In this document: in pieces, positions 1 to 13,000 of the stretch
How the letters are laid out: each line of letters opens with the position of its first letter
Position numbering within the stretch: the first letter of the stretch is position 1
Origin: Fistulifera solaris
Taxonomy: Eukaryota
Length of the DNA stretch: 64,000 bases
Assembly: GCA_030295235.1 (NCBI GenBank)
Contig: AP026162.1
Span: forward strand, 1-64,000
Direction: 5' to 3'
Notes under the pieces: generated by a model
The model's database searches: none
Told to the model about the DNA's origin: nothing
What the model saw: the letters and a program-made list of their open reading frames with translations, nothing else
Made by a program: the position numbers and the translations under genes

Positions 1-96
1 AACCCTAACCCTAACCCTAACCCTAACCCTAACCCTAACCCTAACCCTAACCCTAACCCTAACCCTAACCCTAACCCTAACCCCAACCCTAACCCT
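1..96. repeat. Telomeric repeat tract (AACCCT)n, equivalent to TTAGGG on the minus strand; chromosome end
   Basis: 16 tandem hexamers from base 1, with one variant unit AACCCC at 79-84. C-rich strand on +, as expected at a left chromosome end. Confidence 0.98.
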
Positions 97-259
97 AATA
101 GTCGGAAGTTTTGCAATACTTTGAAGTTATGCTAGATTTAGAAGTTTTCTAATAGTCGGAAGTTTTGCAATAGTCGATAGTATTCCAAAAGTTGAGAGTT
201 ATGCAATAGTCGGAAGTTTTCCAAATAGTAGGAAGTTATCCAATAGTCGGAAGATATGC
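97..259. repeat. Subtelomeric degenerate 18-bp tandem repeat, consensus AATAGTCGGAAGTT(T/A)T(G/C)C, 9 copies
   Basis: Units start at 97, 115, 133, 151, 169, 187, 205, 224 and 242. Units 1 and 4 are identical; unit 7 differs from them by one base. Confidence 0.9.
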
Positions 260-789
260 ACATTTAAATCTACTGACTGCCTTAAAACAGGAAACCTTGT
301 GGAGCTACCACTCTGGCAAACACTGTTTTAGCACTTTGAGCTTTACGTCACGGGCACTCAAAGCCACACCAGGATCTTGAGTTTTGGTCAAGACATGATC
401 TTGGATATACTGGTAGTTGCTGACTGGATCACAAGATCGAGTGGCCCGACCTTACAAAGTCACCAAACTTATCCAAAACTGAAACCTAACTATCCAACAC
501 AACAACAAAGTTAAAAACACATTGACATCCAGCGACTCAAAGGTTCTCATCTGCCGAGAACTGCCTACTTGTAATGCTCATCTTTTGACCCTAGTATTAT
601 GAATCATTTACTATTACATTGCATTCCTTGTGAGTCAATTCACACATAGGGCCCCTTGAGCTGGAGGAACTGGTAGCAAACACCATCCAGTCCTTCATCA
701 AATAAATTTAATACATACCACACAAAGGCTACTTTGTATTATAGTGATGTTATTCGCAAGGTAAACATTCAAGCTAAGAAATAAACTAA

Positions 790-2345
790 TTAAGCCATCC
801 ATTCGGGTTTGCGGAATCCGATTCCAGGGTATTTTGCCTTTCCACCAAGCTCAGCCTCGATACGGAGCAACTGATTGTATTTAGCTGTGCGCTCGCCACG
901 ACAAGGAGCGCCGGTCTTGATTTGTCCAGTGCAAAGGCCAACAGCCAAGTCCGCAATGTAGTTGTCCTCCGTCTCTCCACTGCGGTGCGAAGTCATGACA
1001 CCCCATCCATTCTGCTTAGAGAGCTTAACCGCGTCGATCGACTCACTAATGCTTCCGATCTGATTAACCTTGAGCAAGAGGCAGTTTGCCGACTTTTTTT
1101 CTACCGCCTCTTGGATCTTGACGGGTTTGTTACCGTCAAATCATCTCCGACAATTTGGACGTCCTTTCCAACCTCGGCGCAGATCTTGGTCCAGTTTGTC
1201 CAATCGTCTTGATCAAACGGGTCTTCAATGGTAACGATCGGGTACTTATCAATCAAATACTTGTAGAATGCAATCATTTCCGCTCCACTCTTAACCGCGG
1301 ACGTGTCCTTGTCCGAGCCGCTGGTTTTGAAATCCAAGTCGTACTGGTCCTTGCCTTTCACTTTGAACTCCGAACTAGCAACATCCAGTCCCACGGAGAT
1401 TCTGTCGAGATATCCGGCTTTTTCGGCCGCTTCCATAATCATATCTAGGCCAGATTCGACGTCGCACGGGGTGCAAAGCCTCCCTCATCTTAAAGCGCAG
1501 AAAGCCCAACAAGCATAGAAGGAAACGATGTAAAAAAGAATGGTGTCAGTCTCACGAAAATAAAAGAAGAAATCAAAAGAAAAGCGACAGAACTCACCTC
1601 CAATCAAAGTAGCGTCACCTCCGAACTTTGCCTTGATGACCTTTTTCAGCGTATGAAAAACTTCGCAGCCAATCGTCATACTTTCCGTGAAATTCGCCGC
1701 GCCCGTGGGGATGACAAAGAACTCCTGGAAAGGAAGTTTGTTTCCAGCATGTTCACCACCGTTGATGACATTGAAGCAGGGAACCGGGAGAGTGTACGGC
1801 GTTGAGTTACCGGCAATATCGGCATAGTGTTGCCAGAGAGGAACTCCTCTGCTAGCGGCACCGGCTTTGGAAGCAGCGAGGGAGACTGTGGAGAAAGACG
1901 ACGGCATCGTGAGAATGAAAATCGACACAAGCATAAATGCGAGCCGACAGTACCCACCTCCAAGAATCGCATTAGCACCAAGGTTTCCTTTGTTGGGAGA
2001 TCCGTCGGCAGCCAACATAGCGTTGTCGATTGCTCGCTGATCAGCCGCGTCCATGCCGATGATCTTGTCGGCGAGGACAGTGTTGACGTTGTTAACGGCC
2101 TTTAGGACACCTTTACCCAGGTAGCGCGAGCCTCCGTCTCTAAGTTCGACGGCTTCATAAGCGCCTGTACTTGCGCCCGAAGGAACAGATGCAGTGAAGG
2201 TTCCCTTTGCAGTAGTAATATCAACTTCGACAGTAGGGTTTCCACGCGAGTCGATGATTTCTCGACCCTTTACTGCCGTAATCTTGCTCATGGAGCGCTT
2301 TCCAATCAAAGCGGAGACGTTAGAACGAGCTAGTTTACTCAACAT
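790..2345 (-). CDS. ENO: Enolase, probably mitochondrially targeted
   Basis: Motifs [81 protein letters not shown] introns at 1886-1957 and 1489-1597. Single-base homopolymer losses near 1470 and 1124. N-terminal extension [19 protein letters not shown] is basic with no acidic residues. Confidence 0.97.
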
Positions 2346-2575
2346 GATGGAGAAAGATCAAAAGGAATGATTTGCAAGCAACGGATAACAAATAATTATG
2401 TTGGTCGAAGGAGACGATGCGAATGACGACGACGCGGACGAGTGGATGATGGCTTTGTTTTTGGTGCGAAGACGATGAAAAAGATCGCTTCCAATTTTTG
2501 AGTGGCGGGCTGGCGTATCCTCGCTTCAGTATCAATCATTATGTACAAGGGAGGAGCATGCACATACGTGTACAT

Positions 2576-2587
2576 CGTGACGTAAGC
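2576..2587 (-). promoter_or_regulatory. Candidate bZIP/CRE-like element GCTTACGTCACG upstream of enolase
   Basis: Contains TGACGT on +. The same 12-mer occurs at 51833-51844. About 230 bp upstream of the ATG. Confidence 0.45.
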
Positions 2588-3403
2588 CTTTCCGTATTTT
2601 AAACCTTAGTGATGTTGGTGCCAATACCCTAAAGCGAATAATTGAACGTCTAGAGTCTAGAAACTAGAGAACAAAGTTAGACGCAAACGATAGTGTTCAG
2701 AGCAAAAGTAAACTCCTATAGACTTGTATCTAATGAGCCAGAGATTGCAACGGTCTAGCCACAGTCGCCGTCAACCATCAATCGCCTACAATTTGAATTT
2801 CATGGCTTCACGATCTCTCGTACAGCAAATTTATCCATTTATTCTTCGACCTTTAAAAATATATCTGCTACAGACGTCGTAATATTTGCCTTCATGAGGT
2901 ACGTTTCCGCAAAACAACAGTTGCATAAAGTGCGACTTCATGCGGGGAAAGAATCGCAAGATAAAGTCCGCTTTCTTTCATGATCTCTTACAAAATCAAT
3001 AAGACTAATGAATTAAACACAACATGACATTTGGCGAGGTGATTGTGTTCGATAAGTTAATATCGATGATTTGCATCGGCAGCGTCGACGTTCGTCTCGT
3101 TTCGTGCCCGATGATCCCGACAACTCGGCAGCTCACTGCTGACATTAGCTAATCTACAACTCTGTATAGGGGGAAAATGTCGCAACTGATCGTTCTTGGA
3201 GTTAATTGTCTTTTCTTTCTATGACGGTATCTTCCCGCTTGCTGAACATGGATGCAACGACCAGTTTGTTTTGTCGATTTTCGGATTTTCGTGTATTGCC
3301 TCTGCGATAACGTAGATTTTTCCGAACTCGTCCGCATGAAAATGCATTTCGAGTCTTAGCGGTTCTTTTACTTAGTGGTTAGAATTTCTTCGAATGTCTG
3401 TTT

Positions 3404-3519
3404 ACGTGCGCACGTCGTCACTATGGACGTAAAAGTAGCGGAATCGTTCGTTCTATTTTCGTACCTTTCTCACGAGGGGGATGACGTTTGCGCTCACGAC
3501 GCGTATCCGCATCTGACGT
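3404..3519 (+). promoter_or_regulatory. Cluster of ACGT-core/TGACGT motifs upstream of the plastid aldolase
   Basis: Five ACGT cores in about 115 bp, including TGACGT at 3482 and 3514. Confidence 0.4.
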
Positions 3520-3655
3520 ACTCCATCGTTTGCTCTCTTGCGTCTTTTGTTCCTTCACATCGACTTGTTTTCTCGACCGCACATCTGTTCGTCTATTTTA
3601 GCACCTTGCATCTTTCTAATCTAATCATTGTCAAACAGCATCTCACTGAATCACC

Positions 3656-5064
3656 ATGAAGTTTTCTACTGCCGCTGCTCTGTTTTTCGCGCCTTCGGTG
3701 CTCGCGTTCGCCCCTGCTCAGCTGGCTTTCCGCCCCGTCACTTCTTTGAAGTCGACCGAGGCTGCTGCGGAGACCAAGGTGAGTTTGTATCTTGCAAAGT
3801 ATGATCGCCTAAGACGAGGAATCACGTATGAAGAACGGCGCTGCGCAACCTCATCACCAAATACTTCGATTAGGTCGAAATAGACTTCAGGATGAGATCC
3901 TTCAAAGCCATCAAACTCTTCTTCTTACGTTCTCTAACACTTACCTTTTTCTTGTTATCTTTCTTTATTCAAGGCTTTCGCTAAGCTCCCGGCTTCTGTC
4001 AAGCCCGGTGTTGTGACCGGTCAGGCTTTGGTTGACCTTTTGCAACACGCAAAGAAGGAAGGATTCGCCATTCCTGGAGTTAATATCGTCGGCTCGAACT
4101 CTATCAACGCATGCATGGAAGCTGCTGCCAAGTATGGCGGTCCCATCATGATCACTTTCTCAAAGGGAGGCGGTGCTTACATTGCCGGAAAGACTCTTAA
4201 GAACGAGAATGACAGTGCCTCGGTTGCTGGATGCATTGCCGGAGCCAAGCACGTTCGTGAAGTTGCCAAGCTTTACGGAGTACCTGTCGTTTTGCACACC
4301 GATCACTGCCAAAAGTCCTGGTTGCCTTGGATCGATCAGTTGATGGATGCCAACGAAGCTTACTTCAAGGAACACGGTGAACCGCTTTTCTCGAGCCACA
4401 TGTTGGATCTTTCCGAAGAGCCTCTCGAAGAGAACATTGCCATCTGCAAGAAGTACTTGGAGCGCATGGCCAAGTGCAATGTTTTGCTCGAGTTTGAATT
4501 GGGTGTCACTGGAGGAGAAGAAGACGGTGTTGACAACAGTGACGTCGACAACGACAAGCTTTACACTCAGCCCGAAGAAGTCTACTATGCATACAAGGAG
4601 CTCGGTAGTGTCCCGAACGGTCACTTCACTTGCGCTGCTTCGTTCGGAAACGTGCATGGTGTTTATGCCCCCGGAAACGTTGAACTTCGACCCATCATCT
4701 TGCACAACACTCAGAAATACATTCAAGAGAAGGAGGGATGCGAAGACACCAAGCCGATGATGTTCGTCTTCCACGGAGGATCGGGAAGCAGCACTGAAGA
4801 CATCCAATACGCCATCGAAGCCGGTGTCATCAAGATGAATATTGATACTGATACTCAGTGGGCCTTCTGGGATGGTATGCGCGAGTATGAAGCCAAGTAC
4901 CACGACTACCTCCAAGGTCAAATCGGTAACCCTGAAGGTCCCGACAAGCCAAATAAGAAGTACTATGACCCCCGCATGCCCTTACGCGCGGGAGAGAAGA
5001 AGCCATGGCCAACCGTTTGGTAAAGGCTGCCCAGGACTTGAACTGCGTCAATGTTCTCAACTAA
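3656..5064 (+). CDS. FBA: Fructose-bisphosphate aldolase class II, plastid-targeted (FbaC1-like)
   Basis: Signal peptide MKFSTAAALFFAPSVLA followed by FAP (ASAFAP-type). Intron 3779-3973. Motifs LHTDHC, SSHMLDLS, ELGVTGGEEDG, FGNVHG, VFHGGSG, KMNIDT, KKYYDPR. An apparent 2-bp insertion near 4995 hides the true C-terminus AMANRLVKAAQDLNCVNVLN. Confidence 0.97.
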
Positions 5065-5708
5065 GTTTAGTCATTCATTAGAAGTTTTATCGTCTATTCA
5101 CGTAGACTAGTTAGTAACGTGATAGATTGCATTTTGCCATTTGATGTATATGCTCGGCAAATGTCGTTGGAGCAAATCAAGTGTCAAGGCAAAGTCAGCT
5201 TAGAAATGTTGACGATTGTCGAGGTGCAGAACAGTTTATTGTCTTTAGTATTGCAGTTTGGATGGAACCTCAAGGGTCACTTTTCTTAAGGCGTCGAGGC
5301 AAGAACGTTCTTGCGTCGAGGTTGAGAATAATTGGTAGCTCGAGTCACGAGTCCATCCGACCGTGAAAGGAACAAACGTCCGTTGTGGCCCGCTGTTTTA
5401 ACAAACAAAATTTCGACACAATGACACTATGAGCGAGATAGTGGCATTGGATAACAGTTATATCACTACTCTAATAATTATACAAGAAAATTTCCGAAGT
5501 TGTTTGGGCGTTAAACTACAGTTTCTTAAGTGGAGTTGACGGTTGGCTTTTTGAAAAATTGAAAGACGGAAACGTTTGCGTCGCGAGCACCACGGTGTGA
5601 CCATGGGGTAAACAGGTGATTGACGGGGAGAATAATGTAAATTTGAATATGATGAATAATAATGAAATGGTGTTATCTGTTTTTCATAGTGTGTTATGTC
5701 GACAGAGT

Positions 5709-6469
5709 TTATTCGGATCCTTTTAAACGGCGTTTTGTACGACGAATAGTACCGCGATCAGTCTCAGAGTATAGTTTGTCTTCTTTGCTTTCGTCAGGTG
5801 CTACTTTCTTGTCTGGGCTAGTGCTGGTTGATCCCTGATTTGTGTTTCCCGTAGATTGATCAGGAGCGCCACCTCCAGTGTTATAGTTGCTGCCGCTGGA
5901 TGTCCCCCCTTGATAAGGAGAGCCGCTGGATGTGCCTCCTTGATTGCTGGAGCTCGATGATCCGCAACCGCACGGCTCTGCGAAGTAATTCTGAATCGGT
6001 CTACACATGCGGTCTTCGAAATTTCCCTGTTTGGCCCACCAGTAAAGTTCTTTGCAGGTATTGACGTTTGGAAAGTCTAGAACGGCTACCAGAGTTTGAT
6101 CGAGTGACGGATACTGCCCGTTCTCGCACAAATTGCAGGACGAGTAAGGACCCGAAGGGTAGCTAGCTCCTTCTGATACTGTAGGATTCTGCGCGATGAT
6201 CGAGGGAGTGTGATTCGGATTGCAGCAATGATCATACCATTGTCCTTGAAGTTGACGACAAAGCTGATTGCCTTGTTGAATGTTAGTAGGATCAGCCATA
6301 TCAATGACCAGTTGCTGACACGTAGTGCCTTGGCTATCAACTGCTAGCGTCGCACGACCAGACACAGGTGGACCGCAAGAATCGCAAAGACAGCAAAGTC
6401 CAATTTCTCATCAGCCTTTGTCCTCGACGCAAGGGCAAAGGCAAAGATGATTGACAAAGAGAATTTCAT
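5709..6469 (-). CDS. Secreted cysteine-rich protein with two Cys modules and a Gly/Ser-rich tail
   Basis: ATG 6469 gives signal peptide MKFSLSIIFAFALASRTKA. Restoring one A near 6404 joins it to the 218-aa ORF. Modules CCLCDSC...TC...C...CC and CNLC...TC...C...CGC; QGGTSSGS occurs twice; C-terminal RRTKRRLKG. Confidence 0.75.
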
Positions 6470-7608
6470 GTTTGAAGTAAATAAATTGGGTGTCTTCTTG
6501 CGCTTCGATTATGGAAATGAGTGAAGTGTTTAGTGTGTAAACAAATGTAAAGATAAACAAAGCTTATGATGGATAGCAATGCGAAATGTTTGCAACGTCT
6601 CTCCTACGACAACCGACAACGGCCTAAATTTTGTGAACGATCGGAAGGAGGATTTTTGAACTTTTTGCATCTGCCGATTTCGTCGTTGCTCGTCGTGTGC
6701 TACGCAAGCAGATACGCTTAGACGCGCGAGTCCCGGTCTGTACACATTACCAGAGTCTCATCCTTGAAAAGGCGCGTGCACGCAGGCCAGTCATTTGTTT
6801 TGCACGGAGTATTCACTGTTTGCAAAAGGTGGCATTGGGCAATGTGACCTGAAATGTAGTCGGCAGATCGGATTTCATGTTTTGGACAAGGACAGACGTC
6901 AGACGGGTAAACAACTACCAACCATCGATACTTATCGCTACGAACTACGAACACATCCGTAGAATTAGTACCAGGGTATGCGTGGAGATGTCATCGGTCT
7001 TTCGTTAAGGCAGTGCCACCGAGAAACACAAAATACTATTGCCCTTACCTATCTTCCGACTCCGACCGGTCTGACACTACTAATTGAGTACCGCATAGAA
7101 ACCATTGAAAATCTGATTGTCTCAGCTGCGCAATTTCACGTTGAAGTGGTACCGAAACAACAACTTTTTTCTTATGCTTAGTCTGACGTTGCATTTATGA
7201 CTGACTTATCTTTGACAACAGGAATCATCATCATCATCGGCGTTAACCTATGACCTTAATACAGTACTCTTCATCGGTTGCTATAGCTTGGTTGCTAGGA
7301 CTTTCAAATTGCACTACACGTTCCGGCGAGCAAAGATCAAAGCTGGAAGAGGCTGAAGCAGCTAAAGCTGAAGCACAATTGAGTGGAGACATCAAGTAAT
7401 TGCTTCTTCCCGTCAGAGTAAATAACGGTTGCCGCTACCATTTCGAGAATTCTATGCGAAAAAACGCTCCATAAAGAGTGATGCCGCGCAAAAGATCATT
7501 TATTGATGCTTTTTGAGCGAAGGCCTTTTGCGTCTACTGAAGAATTGTTAGCGACAAACGTTAATGCGGGTTTAATCACGCGCGCTTATATTCAAAATAA
7601 TGGAACCT

Positions 7609-8710
7609 TTATAATCCAGAAGAGTTGCTACGCCTTAAAAGATCCAAAATTGCAGCGATGGATGTGTCAAGATTGGAATATCCACCAACATTGCTCGTCG
7701 AATCAAGGACACGCTGAAGTTCCTCGGTGGATGTCAATGCCTGCTGGGGATGTATTGGCTGATTGCGCGCAAGCAATTGATTCATCAAAATGTGTTGCTG
7801 CTCGCGGTGTAAAATTTCTAAAAAGGCGGCTGAGGTGGTGGGTTGTTGGGCAAGGAGCTGTTCTGTGTTGGGCATGTGTGTGAGATCTACACCGGTTGTC
7901 GGTGGTGTACTCCTCGATTGCACTCCAAGAAGTGCCGACAGAACTTCATCGATACCCTGTGATTGAGGTTGGGCCATCATGGACGCATAAATTTCCACAC
8001 TGTTCTGGGGCAAATGGTGGAACGACGGATGAATGCTATTCAAGACGGAAGAAGGGGCAATGGTCTCGTATTGGCCTCGTGCTGCGTGCTCGACAACATT
8101 GCTTTCCGAATTCCGACTCATCTCTTTCCTTGCAGCCGCTTCGAGGAGCTTTCGCTCTGCGATTGCCTCTTTCGATTTTTTTGGCTTTATACTGCTTCTT
8201 TTCTTCGAGAAACTCTTTATAGTACGGGGCTGCTTCTTGCTTGTATTTTTGCTTTTTGCTTTCGGGTAGCTCGTTCCAACACTTTGAAATGTGCCTGCGA
8301 AATCGAATGTCAAAAGTGAATAATTGCTTACAGATCGCGTTCTTCTGCATATCTCTTACCTTCCCATGGCTAAAAAACGTTCTTTCTGTGGAAATGATGA
8401 TCATTGAGTGTCTCAAACGGTCTACCATTGCTTCACTGACAAAGATGAGACGTACCGGGGGTATTTTCATAGTCTCCGGATCTGATTTCAAACCTTCCAG
8501 CCACTTAGTACGTTCGTGGCGATAAAACAAGTTATACGCACTGAGGGGACGAGTTGGTCTCCCACTCGAGCTTTTCTTCTTTTTCTGCTGGGGGGATGAG
8601 TTTACTTTCGAGTCAGCCAACTCTGGTCGCTCTAATTCATCCTGCTCATCAGCATCAATTGATCTCGCTTCTTCCGCTGCACTGTCGACATCGAATTTCT
8701 CATGGTCCAT
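7609..8710 (-). CDS. HMG-box DNA-binding protein with Gln-rich C-terminal region
   Basis: RPTRPLSAYNLFYRHER...FLAMGRHISKCWNELPESKKQKY after removing two introns (about 8386-8455 and 8296-8359). A frameshift in an A-run near 8180 joins the two ORFs. Confidence 0.88.
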
Positions 8711-9555
8711 TCTGCTGATTATAAGCTAATTATTTCGTCTGCAAATTTGTAATGGAGAACAGGATTCGATCAGCCTTTTTTGAGGGCTGCCTATGTCTTG
8801 TTACTTGCTAGTTTGTCAGATATCTCCACTCCTACACAAAAGCCCTACTTAGCTGTTTACGTAGTTGCTCTTTTGGAAGACACTCTATGATTCGAAGTTC
8901 CTGCACTCCGAATCATCGTTAATCGTTACGTGATGATCGAAAGGTCGAAAAGTCATGCGCCAAAGACGGAACGAAGTAACAAAACACAAAATGCTTCGGG
9001 GAGAATTTCAAATTCGAAAAATTCCTTGTCCCGAACGGGAAGTTTTACAAGGAATTCTGGACGTTTGTCCTTTTTCCGTCCACGTCCAGGTCCACGTTTC
9101 AGAACCAAATCGATCTAGAATCTAGAGATATCCTAGATGTTTGAGGTGTTACTAGGTAAACCTTTCTTTCGCTAGGAATACGGTGATCTATCACCAAGAA
9201 ACTTGTCGCCTCATATGAACCTTAGCGAATACAAAAATCTTGACGCTATTTCACAGTCAATAGCTCTGAAAAAGAGATCACCACTTATTTATATGCCGCG
9301 TTAACGATATTCCCCTCTTCAAATCGCGGCGCTCACATTTTAAAGACGTCCTGCTCAGTGTTCTTTCTTTATGCAATGATGGACGACTCTGGGCCCGTGA
9401 GCCTTGAGCAAACGTCTTCGTATTATCAGGGATTAAACTAGGACTACAAGATTTGAGGATTCCGGATCCAGAAGATATGGCTTTCACTCAGACTAGATCC
9501 TTCGAGTGTCGCATGCACATTTGCAAGTATGCATTTGAAAATCGTCTGAAATACC

Positions 9556-10072
9556 TCAGGGCGAAACATTCTTTTGATATCGATACTCTTCTTGTACACG
9601 GAACGGTTCTGTCAGCATCCAGTTCTTGCGTTTCTTTAGTTCTCTGTCACAACAACGTTGATAAAATGCAATCTGTGTACGGCATACATCTAATGGATTG
9701 TCTCCGGGCTGCGGGAGAGTGGGATCGTTTGCCGCAATCTGAGCAGCTTTTTCATCAACATGCACCTTGACGTCGTCAAAATATGACTTGTGAAAGCCGG
9801 CTTTCTCCATGTCTCGGGCTCTACTCGTCGCTTCGTCCGTTAAGCAGGAGAAAAGCTTTTGAGCGTGCGACTCACAGCCGGCTGGTTCAACAGGAAAATA
9901 AGGAGGCAATCGTGTCGGCCCATCTGGTAGCTTTGGTTCCCCTCGGACTGCATCCAAAATACAATAGAACACCATATTTGGCAATTGATTTAGCTGATCG
10001 CTTTACAATAGAAGGAAGGCTTTAAAACGTTTGAGGGTGGTCAGAATCAACAACGTCTCTTACAAGAGCCAT
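9556..10072 (-). CDS. Small protein with twin CX9C motifs (CHCH-like)
   Basis: Exon 1 ATG GCT CTT, intron 9994-10063 (GTAAGA...CAG), in frame with the 142-aa ORF. Motifs CESHAQKLFSC and CRTQIAFYQRC. Confidence 0.7.
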
Positions 10073-13000
10073 GGTCGAGCCGCAAGCGCGACGAGACTCT
10101 CGAAAGCTCGAGAGCAGAGCCAGAAAAAATCATCGTCAGCGGCGGCGAATAAATAATGAAGACGGGCTTTTGACGGCTAGACGGACGGACAGCGAACAAT
10201 ATATTACTCAGTATAAATTGTAGTGTAGTTGTCTACTGTAAAAGATTATGTGTATCCGAATGAATGTGGTGAACAGTGCTTGTGCGACACTATCCGCACG
10301 ACGCTTTTTCATTCGCACCTATCTTTTTGTTTCTCGCATCTCGCGAACCGCACTCATTGAATACTGGTACCATAGGTAAGCAAGCAACTTCGTATCAAGA
10401 ATCAAGAAAGTCATTAACGAGAAGAATACAACCATACTAATAAGTTTCTCCCATTTGGATTGTATTTTCCGCAGCGGCGAGAAAACTGGCAATCTATCAT
10501 CACCGCAACCTTTGACTAGTTGTGAGCCGTATTCCGTCCGAGCGCCGCTTTTCTCGGCTGGTTGGCCGGCTGGCTTGCTGGCAAGGCCAAGAAATAAATG
10601 ACACGCATGGTTGTTAAATCCCCAGTCCGAAGCAAAATTAAACGGGAAGATGCACTGCAATAATGGCACCTGTGAAAGCTCCTCCTTAGCGTGTCTGAGA
10701 GCTAACTCCACAGCAAGCAACGAAGCATTCGGTCAACCAATCGAAAAAGTGCCGAAGTGGAGAGGATACATGACTTCGAGGCGTATCATTTTGTGGTTCG
10801 TTTGTCTATGGAGCTAATAGCGACGGAACCGGCATATGTTGCAGCTAAGGAACTGTTATTTATCGAAGAAAGCGATTTGATAAACGAAAGCAAGAAAGCT
10901 GTGGCTGGCCTTCTATTGGGCAGAGTCTAACAGATTGTACTGCCCGAAATTGACATGCGTATAAGCTTGATTGCTCAGCCTTCTTCATTATCATCGCAAG
11001 GTCGATGGGTACGGTAATTTCCATCATTTTATCGACGTACTCTCGTGTTGCAGACCTATCAAGCAGTGGCCATACTTTCAGTGCATTGCCATACTTTCAG
11101 CTATACGTACAACCTTTTCTTCTAAACTAAAGAGTTTTAGCTTTTCTTCGCTACGGCGACCGACCGCGAAAACGAAAACAAACAGTCATCGGTCATCGCT
11201 AAAGAGAAAAGATAAAGAGTATTTCTATTATAAAGAGCTACAACGTTAATCATGACGAGAATGTTTCACGAATCAAGATTTCGCTTAAGCAGAGGCTTAC
11301 ACTCTTGAAACGTCAAGTTCTCTAGTAGACGCTTTTAAAGCACAAACGTTCTACTGCTTAATCTTAGTCCCTTGCTTTAGTCTTGTGAAATGATCAGTGC
11401 CAGTACGCGTGTCGCCAAATTTACGGGTCAAACATCCGGTACAAACGATCTTTCGATTTCTACGTACACGTAGAATTCTACAGGTTCTAGTACAAAACCT
11501 TTTCTGTTGGCATATTGAATCACGTCGTATCACGTCGTGAGGCACATTTTGTTGATAATAATTAAGCAGATCATGTTTTCGTTTGAATAAATAGTTGTTT
11601 ATGACTAAAAATAATAATGCGGAGAGCATGGGGTAAGCCGCAGCACGCTATTGTCTATGGCTCGCTCGCATTTTGTCATTTTGCTCACGAAGGCGCGACG
11701 CCTCCTTTCACAGAAACCTTGAAAAGTCGAGCAACAAGCTCTGAATCGAGGCAATTTTCCCACAGGTAGCTTGCTAAATTCAAGGTTTGTTACATGTAAC
11801 ATCGAGCGGACGCGATACGCCGGGGATCGCTACATTATTCGCAATTTAGTGTCGTCTTGAGGCGGTCGTCGGTCGAATATGCTGATTATAAACATCATAC
11901 GCCTTGATCTCATCACCGCAGGCTCTTCTCAGTGCAACTTGAAATATAACTATACGACAAACCGTATTTCATTTGGAGAAATAACAATCAACCACTATGT
12001 TATATCCATTCAAAGGAAAGGGCCGAAAATTGACCATCGACGAAACCCGCGAACAACGAGCGACACAGGAGGACCCCGGATGCGCCGAATTGCGGAGCAT
12101 GTTCTCTTATGCAATATTGCTGGCTGTGACTGGATGTGCATCTCAAAATGCAATGTCTATAGAGATTCGGCGATTGAATTTCCGGATTCTGCAATTTCTG
12201 TTCAGGCGGCGATCAGTAGCTTCTAGAGTCATAACAGAACGCTCAAACCCTACTTAAACCGACATAATATTAAATACCATGACTTTTAAAAGAAAAATTG
12301 TTTTTCGAATGTAAACTGTGGCAAAAGAATCGACTTTGCGCTATTCATCGAACGGCACAAGCCGAAAATTGCTGGTCTACCAAAATGCGTATAACTGGAG
12401 ACTCAAGCGCTACCTCGATGCACAAAGTCGCCGATCTTCTTCCCATCTTACTTGTCTTGTGTTGTGTATACTTTGTGCATCCAACCATCCATGAATAATA
12501 GAGATCTCACTACGGAATTCGACCTTCGACTTGCGATGCAATGGGAAAGATTTCGTTTCCCGCGGACGCGGAACTGCACTGTGTCGAAACGCGCTAGTAG
12601 AGGAAATAATTTTGCAAGATTCCATATTCCGTACGACATTTAATCTGGTACTTGTTATCCTAAGTACAAAACCCAGAAAGATCAATACGTAGGATGTTTG
12701 ACCCGTAAAATTGATAAGGATATCACATTGAACGCGAGCGAAGCCGAACGTTCTTTCGCATCGGAAAATCGAAAGAACACTTGAAGACATCAAGCTAATA
12801 GTGTCAGCATTGCATGTTGTGAGTTGTAGCGAAGAACTTTTTATGCATTTGGGCATCAAAGATTCTTTAGACGATATGAAGAATGCGAAAATAGACAGTG
12901 CTTGTTCAATCTCTGGGTCTTTTCCTCAGTAGTAATTTGTTAACCGTTCTCAAAATAACGATCAACCGATGAGCATGATAGCTAACATTGATACTGGCAG

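Noticed and set aside
460..510. Degenerate telomere-like sequence (AAACCTAAC, TATCCAA twice)
   Set aside because: Too short and irregular to distinguish from AC-rich background.
4160..4921. 253-aa antisense ORF over the aldolase
   Set aside because: Shadow ORF expected from the codon bias of a highly expressed gene; no protein-like motifs.
10319..10720. 133-aa minus-strand ORF
   Set aside because: Non-ATG start, no recognisable motif and no supporting splice structure.
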